Positions 36,901-49,400 of a stretch of 64,000 nt of DNA are shown in pieces. The stretch comes from Lepidodermella squamata (lineage: Eukaryota; Animalia; Gastrotricha). Where the stretch lies: positions 1 to 64,000 of the forward strand of contig JBLDXI010000038.1 of the NCBI GenBank assembly GCA_047495785.1, given 5' to 3'. Each line of letters opens with the position of its first letter. Within the stretch, counting starts at the first letter, position 1. A program made the position numbers and the translations under genes. Under the pieces are notes generated by a model, which saw only the letters and a program-made list of their open reading frames with translations, ran no database searches and had not been told where the DNA came from.

Positions 36901-37813
36901 TCAAGTAGTCGCTGAAACAATATAACGCCATCATATATATTCAACCCACAAAAAGCAAAATATTTACCGTTTGTAAGTAAGCAGTTCCGTCCTGGCTCAT
37001 TCCATTGCTTACAGCCGATGGTTGATACAAGGCCGCTTGCCTTTGCACGGTGGATTCGGGAAACAAGGCTGCAACGCCTGAATTCACACCAGTTGCAGTC
37101 GCACGATCCAGCGTAGCAAACGGCTTCGGCAAAATTTCGGATTGTTTCACAAAACGAGCCCATTCTTCGGCATAGCGTCTCAGGGCTTCGTATTGACCAG
37201 CTTCTTCTTGGATACTCTACGGTGATAAAGCAGAGTATTAACAATAAATGCCTGCAATTTTGCTTTCAGATCTGTTTTCAATCAGCCAGCGAAGTCGTCA
37301 ACAATCACAATGCTGATTTTTGAAAATTCTTGACCCGTGAAGCTGACTGACATTATTATCAATTATCAATCATGAATTTCGCAGGCATTCCAATCTGCTT
37401 TGAATTCACGATTGCGGCGGAAAAATGCATGTATGTTACCTTGTAAGTTTCAACAGTGAAATTCCGAATCTCTTGCTCCAGTGCTGTCTTCAGCTGCTCC
37501 TAAATACCAGACAAGGATTAACAGGAATGTCAACTAAACCCATACTTACTGTTGTATTGTTCCAGTTAATGTTACGAACGGTCCTATCAAGGCAGTTGAA
37601 AACATGACAGCATAAAAATAATCACACGGCTTACGCGAAAACATCTTGCCATTCGTCATGTGTTACTGGTTTCTAAACATTGACAAGGTTTACTCCTCAA
37701 TAGTAATATTTCACCAATGAATCACTCACCTGGCAGAGTAAATTAACGACTACTTTTTGAATTCCAATCCACTGGTCTTCAAATTTTTGATCCCGTTTCC
37801 ACATCTGATACAT
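33972..37813 (-). CDS. CUL5: Cullin-5 (multi-exon)
   Basis: PESRCPELLANYCDMLLR, NKDVFMRFHKAHLTRRL, LEVTTPQ, GIVQLRVWRVQEAIMRLMK (neddylation Lys retained) and IKEQLEWL..YIKRD..IYLYIA. N-terminal KFEDQW is at about 37780. Confidence 0.93.
34721..35245. mobile_element. MITE-like non-autonomous element (~525 bp) in a CUL5 intron
   Basis: Imperfect 34-bp TIRs: TGACCGTTAACAAGGGAAAAGTGGTGTTCGGCGA and revcomp TGACCGTTAACAAGTGAAAAGTGGGGTTTGGCGA. It accounts for the oversized intron. No clear TSD. Confidence 0.75.
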
Positions 37814-38135
37814 GATTGAAGTAAAGCCCTACTGAAATTAAGTCAGAATCACGTACTCCGTTAATCAAAGTCTAGCGAAGACTGAGATAATTCAACATCA
37901 ATAGGGGTAGGATTCAAGGATAAGGCTAAGGATCTGTGATCAGCTTTACAACTACATAACTAAAGTACATAAATGCGTTTTTGCGTAATATAAATTATCA
38001 GTCAATTTAGCAAATTTGATATTTACAAACTGAATACTAATAAATTCCACGAGAAAGCCAACTTCGAGCGTATACTTCCACAGTTCCAAGGTTCAGAAGG
38101 GACTAGGTTCGGTAGATTAAAATATAAGTTCTGTA

Positions 38136-39005
38136 ATGTCGGCCACGTTGAAGACAGATGATGCAACCCTACTGCAACAGATTGCTGCAGTTGTGGCGGA
38201 CCCAGGTTATGGCTCGAACCCTGTCCTAAAAATCGCTTTGCGCCCAACTTGACACGAGTGCCTCTTAGGTCTCTCGAATTGCTACGATGGAAGAAGAATG
38301 CCGAAAGTACCGGGAACGCATTACAAAGCTAGAGGATGAAATAATGGTAGTTGTATTCGACCACCAACAAGATCTGATAAACATGGAACGTTGGTCATGT
38401 AAAGACCTTTGGTTTTTTGTTTGTTTGGAGCGCACTGGCGATAGCGCATCCTGCACAAAAGCACTTGAAGCAAAATTTGAAAAATTCTCACGGAACATAA
38501 AAGAGACTGATCACGGCTTGAAGCCGAGAGATGGCAACACTTTCCACATTGCTGAACTACCTAACTTGAACACGGACGGGCGAACAATCTTCTCGAAAGC
38601 TTAATGAGCAATGATGAACAGCGGTTTGACGCATCGAAAATCGAACGGCCCACTTGAGTTGAGAGCATTCAAAGCTCTCAAAAAGGAAGTCGGCGAATTA
38701 AAAACCCCTCACCCTGATGCGAAATTTCGCTTTAAACTTCAAAGGAGGTCAAGTTTTATCTTTAACTTAACCTGTCTGTTCTCCTGCTTCAACTCAGCCT
38801 ACGGTTGTTCGCATGTGCAGCCTGTGGGATTCCATACACAATGCGGAACCTAGCTGAACATCTGCTAATCTGGTGCGAGAATGCCAGCAACCGTTTTCTG
38901 CCATTACTTGAACGGAACCGGCGTATCAACAACCTGTCTCCTCACGCGGCAATAGCTGCCAACACCAAGGTTATGAGAGGAAGCATCCCTCATCGGCCCG
39001 CTTAA
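38136..39005 (+). pseudogene. Disabled multi-exon gene: coiled coil, LINE-ORF1-like region, CxxC..H..C knuckle
   Basis: ORFs 38287 and 38611 are in the same frame, separated by TAA TGA. An intron joins to LFACAACGIPYTMRNLAEHLLIWC. The putative first exon is out of phase by 1 nt. Confidence 0.4.
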
Positions 39006-40400
39006 GAAGACTCACCGAAATCTCCAAACCCGAAAACTGAAAATTGATGCAGCGCGCCAAAAAAAGTAGTCAAGGTCAATCAGAAACCTAATTTTTGAGT
39101 ATTAATAAGGCATTATGAATAGTTTCTGATATTACTTTGGAGAGAAATGATAATTACATGATAGCATGATTTTTGGCTGATAGCGACTTGTTTTTCAACT
39201 GGTTTTTGGATGTCTACCACACATTTACCTTCAGTTGACATTCAATTGATTCAGTTGACAGATATTAGACTGATATCAGCAGTGCGAGCAAACATTAGGC
39301 ACAATTTATTCACTTTAGGCAGGTTGAAACTTGCAACCAACTTCGGCAATCTTGCCACAATCGAATGCGAATGTTACTTACCTATCACATGATGCAGCTG
39401 CTTTTTTAACGCATTCAATGGCCCACAATCAGACACCGATCAGCTCAGGTGATTTTCTTCACCAGCCTGAGCCTGAGAGGAAGCGAAAATTACAACCTAG
39501 ACCGTTGCATAGAATTAATTACAGAGCTTTGTGCAGAGGCATTTAGAGACGCTTCGGTTTCATCACTAGATCAGTTGTTGATGTCTCTGTCACGATCGGC
39601 CATGTCCAAGCCATTGCCATGGCCAAGCTAAATTGCTGTTACGAGCTACAACGTACTATTTCTAGGCCTCTGATAAGTTTAATTGTCGAAACAAAATTCT
39701 TCTTGATGCTACGGCAATGATAATGGCCTTGAAGAAATCGCCGATGATTTGATTTTACCTATTACATTCCGAGACTTGTTAATCGAGGGAATATATCAAC
39801 TAACCTTGTATTTCACTGAGAGGTAATCAATCAAATCATCAATACTTTCTCCCTTCATACGAATACCAATCGTCTTAGGCGCTATGATGATGTATTTTTG
39901 CTAGGCTTCGGCAGGTGCAGCCCTCTGTTGACACTTCACAGTCTAAAGAAATAAATCGCCGATTTATTGCTTGGTATAATGGTGTTTGGGGGTTATATCG
40001 AAGCAATCAAACGTGATTGAGTGGCCGAGTGCTTCATGTCTAAAATAAGAGCCAACAGCATGCGCGAATAAAATCAGTCTGAGGAGTGGTTATTGCAGGC
40101 ATGTTTACGTTAAGATCGGTGTTATTGCGCTTGCACGCGTACGCCTGCTTCAGATATCCACGCAACCTAATCCATGTGTGCGCATATTGCCGATGATTTC
40201 CGCAGACAGCCACCATTCACTCGCATAAATATACCATGCACCAGAGACCCAATACCCAATAATAGCAATCACACGCACACATTTGCACACATAAAAACGC
40301 AACAACGTATATCGCATCCTGCTGCATAGGTAACCTTTTACGCCTAAAACTTTGCCCATTTTTTAATTCAACTATTTTATTTCATTTTCAAAGAGGTGCA

Positions 40401-42680
40401 ATGGAAGAAGCGCCGACCATCCAGCGGACCAAAGGCATAGTAAAAAATTTTGCGGAATGGGATCGATACTATAAGGAGTTACTGGCAAATTCGAGCAGTA
40501 AAAACAAGAAAACTTCCTGCGAAATAATTAAATCAGCACGGCTCTCGTCGAAATCTGGAAATTCGAACGATATAATTAATTTGTTCGCCAAGGCACTCAT
40601 CTGCTACACAGACTTCAGTTCTGACGGTCCTTTGCTAGAGCTTATTCCTTTACTACTTCGAATGAAGCGGTTCAAGGAAGCAGCGGCTGTTGCATTCATC
40701 GGCTATCAGATTGATCCTGACAGCTACTCTGAAATTTTAGCAAAAAGTTATTTCCTTGTCGGATATGAGTCACTAGCCATCGCTCTCATGGTAGCCTCTG
40801 AGCAAGATATCGATGATACTATCGAACAGTGGTTTCAAGAATATTCGCTTCATTCCGATGGTCTCGATAATTCCATGGATTTCGACGACGTAGATTTTAT
40901 CAAAACAATTCGAGATTTTCTACAGATTAATCCTCGCGCGGACGACTTGCTGTTCAGCGAAAGCCTATTCACAGCCATGCATTTCTCCCTGCATTGCCGA
41001 CTGCGGAAAGAAGCCGCTGAAAAAGCGATTCAATCGATTGCTAACTTCACTTCTTTGCTTGGACTAAACGAGCCGATGATCAGCTTTCTGGCAAAGGCTA
41101 ACTTCGCCGAGCTTACCGTCGCCCAAGCTATATTTCTGGAGCAGGTGTTGAGGATGCTCAAATTTTACTCGCTAGGCGAACAGGGCTCTCATCTACGTTC
41201 AGCAAAAAACCAACCAGTTTGGCTTAAAAACTTTGTCCGTTTTTTCGCTCTCAGCATTGCGTCGGAGAAAGCATATATACGGCTAACCGAGCAAAGCAAG
41301 CGCGGTTCATACGGCATTCTATTCGAATTATGGCTCTATTTTACCGAACCCTACTTGGCGCTGTCTGATTCGATTGATCCAGATATGATGGCGCCTTTTG
41401 ATAACTTTGCATGGCATGTTAACGCCATGAGATTTTTGCTATCGGAAGATGGTAATTCGGGCAAATTTTCGAAATACCTGATACCAGCTCTCTATAATAC
41501 CTACCGAGCTAATGCCACCTCGATTTTCTATGTCGGCTCGTTGGCATCTTTGAAACAAGCCGAATTCATTCGGAAATTGGTCGATATTGGCGTAGTCAGC
41601 TTTTTACATCTTAAAAAGTCAGCGCTTGAAGGAAAGCAGCCGGCTGCAGATGCAGGAGAGCCAAAGCGCATAATTCCGTTAAAAGTCTTGGATTCTACCG
41701 CAGCTTTATGGGTCAATGTAATGGAACAAGCTGACCTGAAACTTTTCTTGGACGAGCCTCGCTATGCAACTCATTTAATTGTCCAAATCGACTACTTGAC
41801 TAAAAATCTCGCCAAATTGAGGCCAGAAGGAATTTCATACTTGCAAGATATATCGATATGCTTGGGTCATCTTCTAGCTAACGTTCCGCCGTCACATGTT
41901 CAAACGGTAGTCAAGATTACTGATTCGATGGAATTGTGCAGTATGATCATCTCGTCTTTCGTTCGATTGGCACACTTCCCGGCTATGAAAACAAACAAGA
42001 AAGTTTGGAATCCAGTTTTTCATATGATAATTCGCTTAGGCACTGTGTCACCTCGATTTATTGGAGATCTCCTCAACGCTATTAGTGACCTGAAGCGATT
42101 CATGAGAACTATTCTATTCACATCAGTTACGGTGTCAATAGGTGGCATTCATGCCATAGCCATGATCTTACAACAAATTAAAGACACAGATCGATCGTCA
42201 TTGGCTGATGATGCTCAAATTGTTTCTTCGTTCACGATTCACCTGTTCCAACTTTTGAGCGGCACCTCTCAGGCGAAGAATGTCATGTTTGAAGATTTTC
42301 TCAACGCAATGGTGTGCTTGGTGGAGATCGTAGCTCGTGATAATCGCATTACTACGCTGGAAATCGCTGAGAAATGGTACAAATCAGAGGATGACAGCTA
42401 CAAACTAATGGACCGCAAGAGGCTGCTAACGAAGCTGAGTTATTTCATATGCGAGCAAGAGCTGGTTTGCGCTGAATTTAGAACGCCGCGCAAAGAACTG
42501 CAAGCGGCATACCGATGTGTTGCTTCAATCGCCGCGGGCCAGCTTGTGGCAGCGCTGATTCAAACCGATGCGATTTTCGAACGAGCTCTAGACCACAGTG
42601 GTCAATGCCATAAATTCACGAAAAAATTGGAGAAACGGCAAGCCGAATTGAGCGAAATGACTTTTATCGGAAATCCTTAA
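40401..42680 (+). CDS. Intronless 759-aa predicted alpha-helical (TPR/ARM-like) protein, function unknown
   Basis: Long uninterrupted ORF with Leu/Ala-rich amphipathic helices. No recognised catalytic motif. Confidence 0.75.
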   Translation: MEEAPTIQRTKGIVKNFAEWDRYYKELLANSSSKNKKTSCEIIKSARLSSKSGNSNDIINLFAKALICYTDFSSDGPLLELIPLLLRMKRFKEAAAVAFIGYQIDPDSYSEILAKSYFLVGYESLAIALMVASEQDIDDTIEQWFQEYSLHSDGLDNSMDFDDVDFIKTIRDFLQINPRADDLLFSESLFTAMHFSLHCRLRKEAAEKAIQSIANFTSLLGLNEPMISFLAKANFAELTVAQAIFLEQVLRMLKFYSLGEQGSHLRSAKNQPVWLKNFVRFFALSIASEKAYIRLTEQSKRGSYGILFELWLYFTEPYLALSDSIDPDMMAPFDNFAWHVNAMRFLLSEDGNSGKFSKYLIPALYNTYRANATSIFYVGSLASLKQAEFIRKLVDIGVVSFLHLKKSALEGKQPAADAGEPKRIIPLKVLDSTAALWVNVMEQADLKLFLDEPRYATHLIVQIDYLTKNLAKLRPEGISYLQDISICLGHLLANVPPSHVQTVVKITDSMELCSMIISSFVRLAHFPAMKTNKKVWNPVFHMIIRLGTVSPRFIGDLLNAISDLKRFMRTILFTSVTVSIGGIHAIAMILQQIKDTDRSSLADDAQIVSSFTIHLFQLLSGTSQAKNVMFEDFLNAMVCLVEIVARDNRITTLEIAEKWYKSEDDSYKLMDRKRLLTKLSYFICEQELVCAEFRTPRKELQAAYRCVASIAAGQLVAALIQTDAIFERALDHSGQCHKFTKKLEKRQAELSEMTFIGNP

Positions 42681-42989
42681 TGTTGATAAATATGTTTTGT
42701 TTTTATTCCTATTTTGTCTTTCTTTCCTCGTCCCTCAACCTACTTTCCTAAATTATTATTGAACTCTTATAAAGGCATTAATTTTTTCAAATGGAATAAA
42801 AAGTGATGATTTATCTAAATGTTTTCTTTATCAAAGGAGGATATCAATAGCGGCTGCGAATATGAAGTGTTTTAATGTCACCCGACTTCACTACGTGGGC
42901 GTTAAAAAGAAGGAACAGTCAAAACGGGCGATATTCTTTAATGTCGAGTTTTTAAATGCTGTCACTTATTTGATTCATTTAGACAAAAA

Positions 42990-43262
42990 ATGGAACAGCA
43001 ACACGTGGCCAAGGTGAAGATTCTGAGAACGTTGAAGCGTGACAATCGCACACAACACGAAATCAACAGCATGACCCGAGTTATGATGTCTCTCGGCCGA
43101 CAAGTGCCGAAGCCTGGCAGCTCAAATTCAGAAATACTAGAGGTATTTACAAATTCAGCATTTACCAAGCCTTAAATTTGCATTGCAGGTATTGAGAGCG
43201 CTCATTGCCCCAAAAATGAGATGATGTGGGACGCTGAAGAGGTTGATGGAATTATTCTTTAA
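42990..43262 (+). CDS. Small spliced ORF with loosely HLH-like pattern (5' end uncertain)
   Basis: KRDNRTQHEINSMTRVMMSLGRQVPKPGSSNSEILE|VLRALI via a GT-AG intron, with AATAAA at the stop. Confidence 0.3.
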
Positions 43263-44079
43263 TAAAACTGTTACAATCTGACATGGAGTTTTGCGATTTT
43301 CAAAATGGACTTTGAGTTATATCTATACCTCAGTATGAGTGAGAACTGATGGATGCGGCAGCCAGGTGCGATGCCTTGTTCAAGGGTAAAAACACAGCGA
43401 AACCGCACGCATGTCACTCATCGAAAATGTTTTAATGCATGAATTAAACATGATGGAAGTCGGCAGTCGATGATTTCGCCAATTTGACGTGAAAATTCGC
43501 TTGCAAATATGCACGATTGGTTTTTTGCTCCTGAATCAATATGTTGTTATTTCGTTTTTCATAAATCGTCACTAATCGCACCAGAGGGTAAATTTTATAG
43601 CCAACTGAACCACTTTTATTTAATTGTTCGAAGGTGTTCGTAATCCTACGTCTTTTGTTTCTCTGGCCGTATCTGTGCGAGCACAGTTATTACACTTCAT
43701 GAACCAGGGAACATAAGAAGAGAGCCACTGGGTCGAAGCGGGGTGGGAAAAAACGCGAAAATTGTCATCGATTAAAATTTGGATTGATTTGTCCGCTTCG
43801 TTCATCGAATTGGCAGCCAGCAACAAATTGTGTATGTCAGCCTAGGCTCCGACCAAAGTGGTTAACATCGCTTGCTGTTTACAAAACCTTGCCTCTCTCA
43901 ATTTTCCCCGCAGGTTCCTAATGAAAAATTATAAGTTAAAAGCTTGAATTGAACAATTTCCTAGCATCATAATGATAAGCTCTCCAAGGTTCATAAAATT
44001 TTACTACATAAATCTTTCATAAGCATAAACATATGTTACATATTCAGATGATTTAGTTTTTTCTCTAATAATTTCTCCA

Positions 44080-45627
44080 ATGGCTCGTTCGATCAAATCA
44101 AGCTGCATGTTTACGACATTCACTTTCGCCGCTTTAATGGCGTTCTACGGAATATGGTATTGTCTCGTGAACAATCAAAATCCAACTCAGTTCATCGATA
44201 ACGTCTTCTTCATGGCCGATGACGGTGACGAGCCAGGAGAAGCTTCAAACATTTCATCACCCTCGTCATCTTCAAGTGGCGAACCTTTCAATACCCCTTC
44301 ACCGACTACGCCACTTTCAACAAGCACGGCTAGGAAAATATCGGTAATTGGCTCAAACAATGTCACCCGCGTTTTGCAAAATTTAACCTTCTGGACCGCT
44401 GATCTTCACGATGGTACCAGGCTTGACACCCCCAGCGTACTTCATTACCTTGGGCAACATGTTATAGTTAATGGGCACAAGTACACACAGTCACCCCAGC
44501 CTGAAGTTTTGAAGCGATTTGAATTGCCAGATAACAGCCAACGCTCCCCTATAATTAACAGCCACGTTAGCCACTCCAACTACATGAGCGAAGCCGATGT
44601 AAAGGCAAACTTTGAATTTTACAAAGGATCGGCTTTGTTGGCGAGAACTGACGCGTTCATTTGCAGCTTCCCGGCTTCGTTCTGCGAAATGTACATGCCG
44701 TTCAACAAAAGCATCGTATTTTTGCCGGCGCATCGATTTTCACTGGGCAGATGCAACCGCAAAAGGTTGGATCGGCTGATCCTTCATCTGCACATGATGC
44801 ATAACAACGAATCTCCGAAGCATTTTATCACAGCGGCAAGTGTTTACGATGCTGAATACATCAATTACTACACTGGCTTGGAACCTATCGTGCTCAGCAG
44901 TACTTGCTTTTTCTATGCCGGTCGAGGCGCGACCAATTACACCAAGGCGAAGAAAGAAATTTTAATCGGACCCTTGCAACGATCGGAATACAATTTTGTA
45001 GCAAATGAAATTAATGGAGCGGTGAAGAATAGAAGCAAAAAAGAGCAGTGGAAGTTCAGCACTGCAAAGCAGCTGTACGGCTGGTACCAGCTACAAAATA
45101 TCGCTGACCACCGGGCTGTTGTAGTCTTTCCCTATGCGATGATGTCGTACGGGTTGACTGAACTCTACGCGATGGCTATTCCGCTTCTTGTCCCCTCTAT
45201 TGAAATGTTGGTCAAGTACATGTGGACTGGCGATCGAGCGCTGATTGATGATTTTTATTGCGGAAAGCAGATGGTACCGCAGCTTCCTCCAAAACATCCG
45301 AAATCGAAGCATGAATTCAGCCCTGACACTTACGAGCCGAAAGACTTGGCATATTGGCTGAAATACGCCGACTTTTTCCAATGGCCTCACATTACGGTGT
45401 TCAACAATTATGAGGATTTGATCGATAAGCTTGAGTCGATGGATTTCGACGACATCCATCACAAAATGGTGAAGGAAAACGAGCGGCGAGAGGCTGAGCT
45501 TCTCGAACGCTGGCGTGGTATCATCGTTCAAATCGACAGTGGACGGCAAGTGCCGAGCAATTATGAAAAAGCTATCATGGAGCTGTGGAATACTACAAGC
45601 GTTCAAGCGGAAAGGAACTTCGAATAA
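44080..45627 (+). CDS. Intronless type II membrane glycosyltransferase-like protein
   Basis: N-terminal signal-anchor and Ser/Thr/Pro stem. The globular domain has DAFICSFPASFCEMYMPFNKS and a GT-B-like AVVVFPYAMMSYGLTELYAMAIPLLVPS..WLKYADFFQWPHI motif. Confidence 0.7.
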   Translation: MARSIKSSCMFTTFTFAALMAFYGIWYCLVNNQNPTQFIDNVFFMADDGDEPGEASNISSPSSSSSGEPFNTPSPTTPLSTSTARKISVIGSNNVTRVLQNLTFWTADLHDGTRLDTPSVLHYLGQHVIVNGHKYTQSPQPEVLKRFELPDNSQRSPIINSHVSHSNYMSEADVKANFEFYKGSALLARTDAFICSFPASFCEMYMPFNKSIVFLPAHRFSLGRCNRKRLDRLILHLHMMHNNESPKHFITAASVYDAEYINYYTGLEPIVLSSTCFFYAGRGATNYTKAKKEILIGPLQRSEYNFVANEINGAVKNRSKKEQWKFSTAKQLYGWYQLQNIADHRAVVVFPYAMMSYGLTELYAMAIPLLVPSIEMLVKYMWTGDRALIDDFYCGKQMVPQLPPKHPKSKHEFSPDTYEPKDLAYWLKYADFFQWPHITVFNNYEDLIDKLESMDFDDIHHKMVKENERREAELLERWRGIIVQIDSGRQVPSNYEKAIMELWNTTSVQAERNFE

Positions 45628-46446
45628 TCTAGTCTTTGTGGGATCCTGAGCTCTTTCAAGTCACATACTATATTTCAGTCTCTTTCATGAAGCAATTTGA
45701 AGCTGTCTCTATGTGAACATCAGTACCTAATTATGTTTTATTGTTGATTCTATAAAGAAACAATATTTTTGTACATAATTTATTCGCATTTATTCTTTTA
45801 CCTCAATTGGTTATAACACGTAAATTAGCATATTTTACGATAATGGCATCTATGCTAAATGTTTCCGAATTAGCGAAGGTTTATTACGGCGAAACGTTAA
45901 TCGGGCGTGCTTCGTTGATGGTTCATCTTCAATATTTATTCTCGCGGAAATTTAATAAAAACAATAAAACAGTTATCGCTGTTCGTTTATAGCTGTACAC
46001 CATGGTATTGTCGTGCGCTGAAGCGTGAAAGAAATGTCCGCTCAGTAGCGCAAAAAAGTCACCGGCTTGCATTCACTTCACCTGCTGCGAACTGAACCAA
46101 AATATCGCGAGATGTTTACCCTTCTAAGACTAAAAAAATGTGTGCAAGTGCTAGCTACATATATTTGGCCGGCCGTTTTTTTTCCATATTCACGGTATGA
46201 TTCACGTATATACCTACATGTGCTCGATCGATGCTCAGTCTATTCATTACTACAGCCTTAGTGCAGAAGCGCTATCGTGCCAGCGTAGAGTGCCTACATA
46301 AAAATGTTCATTCATAACGCCCAACAACATACAACATAGTATTTCTCCCTGCGGTAAAATATGAAACCGCTATTTGATAAACAACAACAAGACCTTAATA
46401 TATACTTGTTATTTTCTGCTGATTAGTCGGAATTTTAATATTAGAG

Positions 46447-49400
46447 ATGGTGATACAAAAATTTATTTGTGAACAAAGCAGCAATGTAAGTCCCGATTGC
46501 ATATCTTTTTCTCGCATCTGGTGTGATTTTCCCTGAAAAGGATTATTTCTTCAACGGAACTTTCTACTTCGACGAGTGCTTTCACGACACGATGCCGGTG
46601 CTGCTGCCGCTTCTCTACGCCATAGTAATCTGCGTTCCCTATCTCATCTACATTGTTCGAAACAAAAGACCTCTGGCACATTTCTTTCGCCGTCGAAGTG
46701 GCGAAGGCCCGATACAACCGATAAAGCTCATACTTTCGCTTTTCTACCTTGGAGTCCACATTGCAGAAGCGATATTCGCCCTGAAATTGTTGTTTTCCGA
46801 TGGACTCGCCATTCAGCATATCATTTTCCGCTTGGTAACTAGCTCAATCGTTGCGGTAAGGTCGGAATTTGAGACATTCAGGCTAATCACAGATGTTCCA
46901 ATGTAGATACTCATCATCGCTGCCACATTAATTGAAATGAAGCGGGCAATCTTGACTTCGACGTGTTTATTTGTCCTGTGGATGATCATTCTCTTGGTAA
47001 ATGCCGCCCGTTTGAGCGTCGCCATCGTCATGGCTTGGCATGCGGTAATTTCGACAATTTTTTGAAAGAAGTTTTTATCACCAACCTTTTCCGCCTAGCA
47101 TTATCCTCAACAGATTGCGTTTGGCTGCACAGTGGTGACAATCACCATTGTCCTGCTCCAAGTTGTGTTGTATGGTTTCGTCGGTGCCCAAACTAGCAAT
47201 AAGCCCTTGAATGGCGATGAGCCATCTCGAACCAAAGAAGAGATACCATTAACGCCGAATGATGAGGATATGAAAAACGATAACGTAAGCAATCATTCGG
47301 TTTATGAAATTATAATGAAAAATATCTCAATCTCCAGCCGACAAGTCCGGAAGGAAATGCCAGTGTCATGTCGATGTTAACAGTTTGGTGGATGACTACG
47401 TTCGTTTACGAAGGCTGGCGACGTCCGATCCAGCCAAAACACATGTACCAACTGCCGCTTTCTGAAAGAGCTAGCAATATATCCCACCGGTTCTCTGATG
47501 CTTGGACCAGCGTTTGTCGCGGAAAGCCGCTTGAGAGAAGCCCTAAATTAGTGCCTGTTTCCGTACCCCAAGATCCTACATCGTCTTCGCCCGAAGAAAA
47601 TGGGGACGTTGACAAAAATTTGTTGCAAGAGAACCCCGCAGCTGTTCAGCAAATCATCAGGCCTGGAGGAGCTGTCATCAAAGCCTTGTTACGTTCGTAT
47701 GGAGGTGCCTTTTTCTCCGTTGGCCTTGTCCGCTTTTGCCAAGATTCCTGTATGCTTCTCGCTCCTATCAATTTGATGCTGTTGACATCTTACATAAAAA
47801 ACCACGAAAATCGACCAGCGTGGCATGGATACGCGATTGCAGCCGCTATGCTGACCGCCGGCATACTGCAAGGTTCCTTTTTCCAGCGATTTTTCCACTT
47901 TTCGTGTTTGTCGTGCATTCAATTCCGGGCAGCTCTGTCGTCAGCCATCTTCGAAAAAAGCTTACGCCTGTCAAGCGCCTCTCGTCAGAAGGTTTCTACT
48001 GGCGATATAGTAAACCTGGTCGCAACTGATACGACCAATTTTTTCTACACAAATGGGATGTTGCACTTTGTTTGGTTAGTGCCCTATCAGGTTACTGTTG
48101 CATCACTTTTACTTTGGTGGAATCTGGGAAATGCAACTTTTGTCGGCCTGGGCGTGATGCTGGTTTGTCTAATACTAATGGCTTTCCTGGCTAGACTTGC
48201 TAAAAAGGTTCAGTTTGAAAAGCTGAAGAAAAAGGACGAGCGCATCAAGTTGGTTAACGAAGTTTTGACCAACATGAAAACTGTCAAGATTTACGCGTGG
48301 GAAGAAGCAATGCAAGCGAAGATAAATGCTGCCCGTGAAGAGGAGCTGATCATGCTTCGCAGGTTCACAATTCTAAACATCATAACACAATCAGTCTGGT
48401 TTTGTGCTCCGATCGTCATAATTTTGGGTACATTTGGAACCTATCTTTACATGGACCCGAATGCTAACCTCGACCCAGGCACGGCCTTTGTCGCTGTTAT
48501 CCTGTTCCAGATTATCCGTCTTTCGTTAGTAACGCTGCCACAAGCCGTCGCTATTCTTGTTCAATTTCTGGTTTCATTTAAGCGAATTGGTTCTTTCTTG
48601 CTGCTGGACGAAATCGACCCTGAAGCTATTGATAATCGGCCGGATGATAGGCAATCTAGCAGCTTTGCCGTTAGATTGCGGAACGCTAGCTTCTCCTGGG
48701 AACCAAAAGCTGAAAAACCCTTCCTTAATGACATCAACATCACAGTTAAACGTGGACAGTTGGTTGCTGTGGTTGGGGAAATCGGCAGTGGAAAGTCTTC
48801 GTTACTATCGGCACTTCTCGGTGAAATGTACAAAATGAACGGATCTGCCTCAATATATGGCAAAATTGCCTACGTGCCTCAGACTCCATGGATATTAAAC
48901 GCTTCTCTCAAAGATAACATATTGTTCTCGAATCCGGAAATGGCTGATCTCTACCATCAAGTCATCGACGCGTGTGCGTTACGCCCGGATTTAGATCAGC
49001 TTCCCGGTGGCGATCAAGCTGAAATTGGGGAAAAGGGGGCGAATTTGTCCGGAGGCCAAAAGCAGCGAATAGCATTAGCCCGGGCTATTTACGCGAAATC
49101 TGATGTATATCTGTTGGACGATACTTTGTCGGCCGTCGATTCCTACACAGCCCAGCATTTGTTTGAAAAAGTCATCGGTCCGAATGGTATGCTGTCAGGC
49201 AATGACGGATCCCGTCAACCGGCTACCCGAATTATGGTGACACATAAGCTCAACTTCATGGCTCAGGTGGATCATATCGTGTTGATGTCCAACGGCGAGA
49301 TTCTCGCGCAGGGTTCATTCGACCATCTTATCGCGACGTGTCCTTACTTTGTTGAACTGACCCGACAGCATGTTTCCGGTGAGCGAGAAATACCGTTCGA

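Noticed and set aside
43320-43410. Hammerhead ribozyme or SINE core
   Set aside because: CTGATGG deviates from the CUGANGA core and the stems do not close. The SINE similarity is too weak to support.
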